The position numbers were made by a program, and so were the translations under genes. 40,462 nt of DNA from Candidatus Planktophila sp. (lineage in GTDB: Bacteria; Actinomycetota; Actinomycetes; Nanopelagicales; Nanopelagicaceae), in NCBI GenBank assembly GCA_046096605.1, contig JBJTKU010000086.1, forward strand, positions 1-40,462. The letters run 5' to 3'. The notes under the pieces are model-generated. The model searched no databases, had not been told where the DNA came from, and saw only the letters and a list, made by a program, of their open reading frames with translations. Shown here one piece after another: positions 38,431-40,462 of the stretch. Numbering within the stretch: the stretch's first letter is position 1; each line of letters opens with the position of its first letter.

Positions 38431-39303
38431 ATGGCCGATCGCCACAATCGAGATATTGATCGCAAATTAGCACCAGCACCAGAGCCTCTTCCAGCTCCAT
38501 GTGTTGACGCACATGCACATATCGAAATTGTTGCAAATGCCAGTTTTGATTCGCCGGAAGTGCGTGCTGTTATTGAAGATGCAGCCCGTGCCGGAATCGA
38601 TCGTATTGTGCAGGTTGGATACTCAGCAGAGCAATCTCGATGGGGTGCAAACTTGGCCGCGCTCTACGATGGACAAGTTTTGGCGGCAGTTGCTCTCCAC
38701 CCTAATGAAGCACCAGTGGTTGAAGATCTGGAGGCCGACCTTGCGATCATCGAAGCCCTTGCACAGCATCCCCGTGTACGTGCAATTGGTGAAACCGGAC
38801 TTGATTACTTTCGCACTCCACCAGAACTGCGTGCCCGTCAACAAGAATCTTTTAAATGGCACATTGATTTAGCAAAGCGCACCAAGAAGGCGCTGGTGAT
38901 ACATGATCGTGACTCTCATGATGATGTTCTCTCAGTATTAGTAGAGGTAGGTGCCCCAGAAAAGACCGTCTTTCATTGTTTTTCAGGTGATATCAAGATG
39001 GCAAAGAAATGTATCGAGCGCGGATATATTCTCTCTTTCGCCGGCACTGTTACCTTCAAGAATGCCCCAGCGCTGCGTGAGGCGCTGGCAATTACGCCGA
39101 TCGATCAGATTCTTGTAGAGACCGATGCACCGTTTTTGGCACCAACACCTCACCGTGGGTCACTCAATTCGCCGGCGCAGATTGCAACAATTGTTCGTGC
39201 GATGGCACAAGAGAAAAATGCTGATCTTGCCGAATTCGCGACAGCACTATCAAATAATGCCGAGCGCATCTTTGGATCATTTGCTGCAGGGTCGACTCTG
39301 TGA
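38431..39303 (+). CDS. tatD: TatD family nuclease
   Basis: DAHAH, LHPNEA, AIGETGLDY, IHDRD, HCFSG, ETDAPFL. Confidence 0.94.
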   Translation: MADRHNRDIDRKLAPAPEPLPAPCVDAHAHIEIVANASFDSPEVRAVIEDAARAGIDRIVQVGYSAEQSRWGANLAALYDGQVLAAVALHPNEAPVVEDLEADLAIIEALAQHPRVRAIGETGLDYFRTPPELRARQQESFKWHIDLAKRTKKALVIHDRDSHDDVLSVLVEVGAPEKTVFHCFSGDIKMAKKCIERGYILSFAGTVTFKNAPALREALAITPIDQILVETDAPFLAPTPHRGSLNSPAQIATIVRAMAQEKNADLAEFATALSNNAERIFGSFAAGSTL

Positions 39304-40124
39304 GCCTTCTCGGAGCAGCGCAGATCCGCGAACTTGCAGATTTGCTTGATCTCAAACCTTCTAAATCACTAGGACAGAACTTTGTCATTGATGCAAATGT
39401 CTGTCGCAAAATAGTGCGGATAGCCGATGTGAATTCAGATGATGTTGCATTGGAAATTGGACCAGGGCTTGGTTCTCTGACCCTTGCTTTACTAGAAATA
39501 GCCTCATCGGTTGTAGCTATCGAGATCGATCATCGTCTTGCCAATCAACTTCCCATAACCGTCGCCCAGCATTGCGATCGCGCTGAAAGTTTGACTGTGA
39601 TTAACAGCGATGCACTTGCCATCCAAAGTCTGGATATTCCTCCAACTGTTCTCGTTGCTAATCTTCCTTACAACGTTTCTGTTCCGGTTTTCTTACACTT
39701 GCTCGAAACTTTCTCCACTCTTCGTGCCGGCGTCGTGATGGTGCAAGCAGAAGTTGCCGATCGCCTTGTGGCCAAGCCCAATAGCAAGGAATATGGAATC
39801 CCTAGCGTAAAGGCTGCATGGTGGGCAGATGTATCTGGTGCTGGTTCTGTTTCGCGATCAATATTCTGGCCAGCACCCAATGTTGATTCTAAATTAGTCG
39901 GCTTCACCCGCCATACCCCGCTTGGCGATGACGTCTTGCGTAAGAAAGTCTTTGCCATTATTGATCTCGCCTTTGCCCAACGTCGCAAGATGCTACGTTC
40001 GGCTCTCTCATCGATGTATGGAAGTTCTGCTGCGGCACAAGCCCATCTTGAATCTGTTGGAATCGATGCCACTCTGCGCGGAGAAGCGCTGACCATTGAA
40101 GACTTCTGCAAAATCGCTCAATAA
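39300..40124 (+). CDS. rsmA: 16S rRNA dimethyladenosine transferase
   Basis: KSLGQNF, EIGPGLGSLT, VANLPYN, MVQAEVA.RL, F.QRRKMLR. Confidence 0.97.
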   Translation: MSLLGAAQIRELADLLDLKPSKSLGQNFVIDANVCRKIVRIADVNSDDVALEIGPGLGSLTLALLEIASSVVAIEIDHRLANQLPITVAQHCDRAESLTVINSDALAIQSLDIPPTVLVANLPYNVSVPVFLHLLETFSTLRAGVVMVQAEVADRLVAKPNSKEYGIPSVKAAWWADVSGAGSVSRSIFWPAPNVDSKLVGFTRHTPLGDDVLRKKVFAIIDLAFAQRRKMLRSALSSMYGSSAAAQAHLESVGIDATLRGEALTIEDFCKIAQ

Positions 40125-40140
40125 GCAATAAGGTCTAGTC

Positions 40141-40462
40141 GTGGCAAAAGAGAGTGTAACGGTACGCGTACCAGCAAAGGTCAATCTCCAATTGTCTGTT
40201 GGACCACGAGAAGAAGATGGCTATCACAACCTCGTCTCGGTCTTTCAAGCTATTTCGATCTTTGATGATGTCACTGTGACTAAGAGCGCTCCTGGTTCGG
40301 GAATTACTATTTCGATCGTAGGAGATCACACGCATGGGGTACCAGCAGATCACACAAACTTAGCGGTTAAAGCGGCACAGCTAATTGCATCTGAATATGA
40401 AATTACCATTGATGCGCATATTGAAGTTAAGAAGAGCATTCCAGTGGCTGGAGGAATGGCAG
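40141..40462 (+). CDS. ispE: 4-diphosphocytidyl-2-C-methyl-D-erythritol kinase (5' part)
   Basis: Not in the ORF track. From GTG 40141: MAKESVTVRVPAKVNLQLSVGPREEDGYHNLVSVFQAIS...NLAVKAA...KKSIPVAGGMA (GHMP motif); follows rsmA. Confidence 0.96.
   Translation, partial: MAKESVTVRVPAKVNLQLSVGPREEDGYHNLVSVFQAISIFDDVTVTKSAPGSGITISIVGDHTHGVPADHTNLAVKAAQLIASEYEITIDAHIEVKKSIPVAGGMA

Overview
A densely packed ~40 kb chromosomal segment from a small-genome, moderate-GC actinobacterium. Gene content, gene order and compaction best fit freshwater acI (Candidatus Nanopelagicales/Planktophila-like); this taxonomy is inferred. In order it holds: a partial DUF1800 gene; groEL with a CIRCE operator and a SigR/SigH-like promoter; DUF3027, csp, DUF2530 and two MFS genes; serC-pdxH and citrate synthase; a maltodextrin cluster (malEFG plus two GH13 enzymes); an esterase, photolyase, GGDEF protein, Tat Rieske protein, SDR and saccharopine-dehydrogenase-family gene; tRNA-Arg(CCT) followed by a secreted intradiol-dioxygenase-like gene; purU, MMPL and fmdB; copC with a copD-ctaG fusion; an acyl-CoA dehydrogenase; the 5-FCL / glp(moeA) / rimJ-like / glpR block; pmt, rsmI, metG, tatD, rsmA and partial ispE. 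I saw no CRISPR array, prophage or IS element. The best candidate for undescribed biology is a MoeA/gephyrin-like Glp that has lost its entire domain II and its catalytic motifs but is kept beside a GlpR/SepX-like gene, suggesting a purely structural cell-division scaffold. Other highlights: a histidine-free CopC; a MalE without a lipobox paired with a large-loop MalF; pervasive leaderless promoters, including an 18-bp bidirectional one; and an unannotated 37-aa PPHH peptide. All family assignments come from motif recognition by eye, not database searches.
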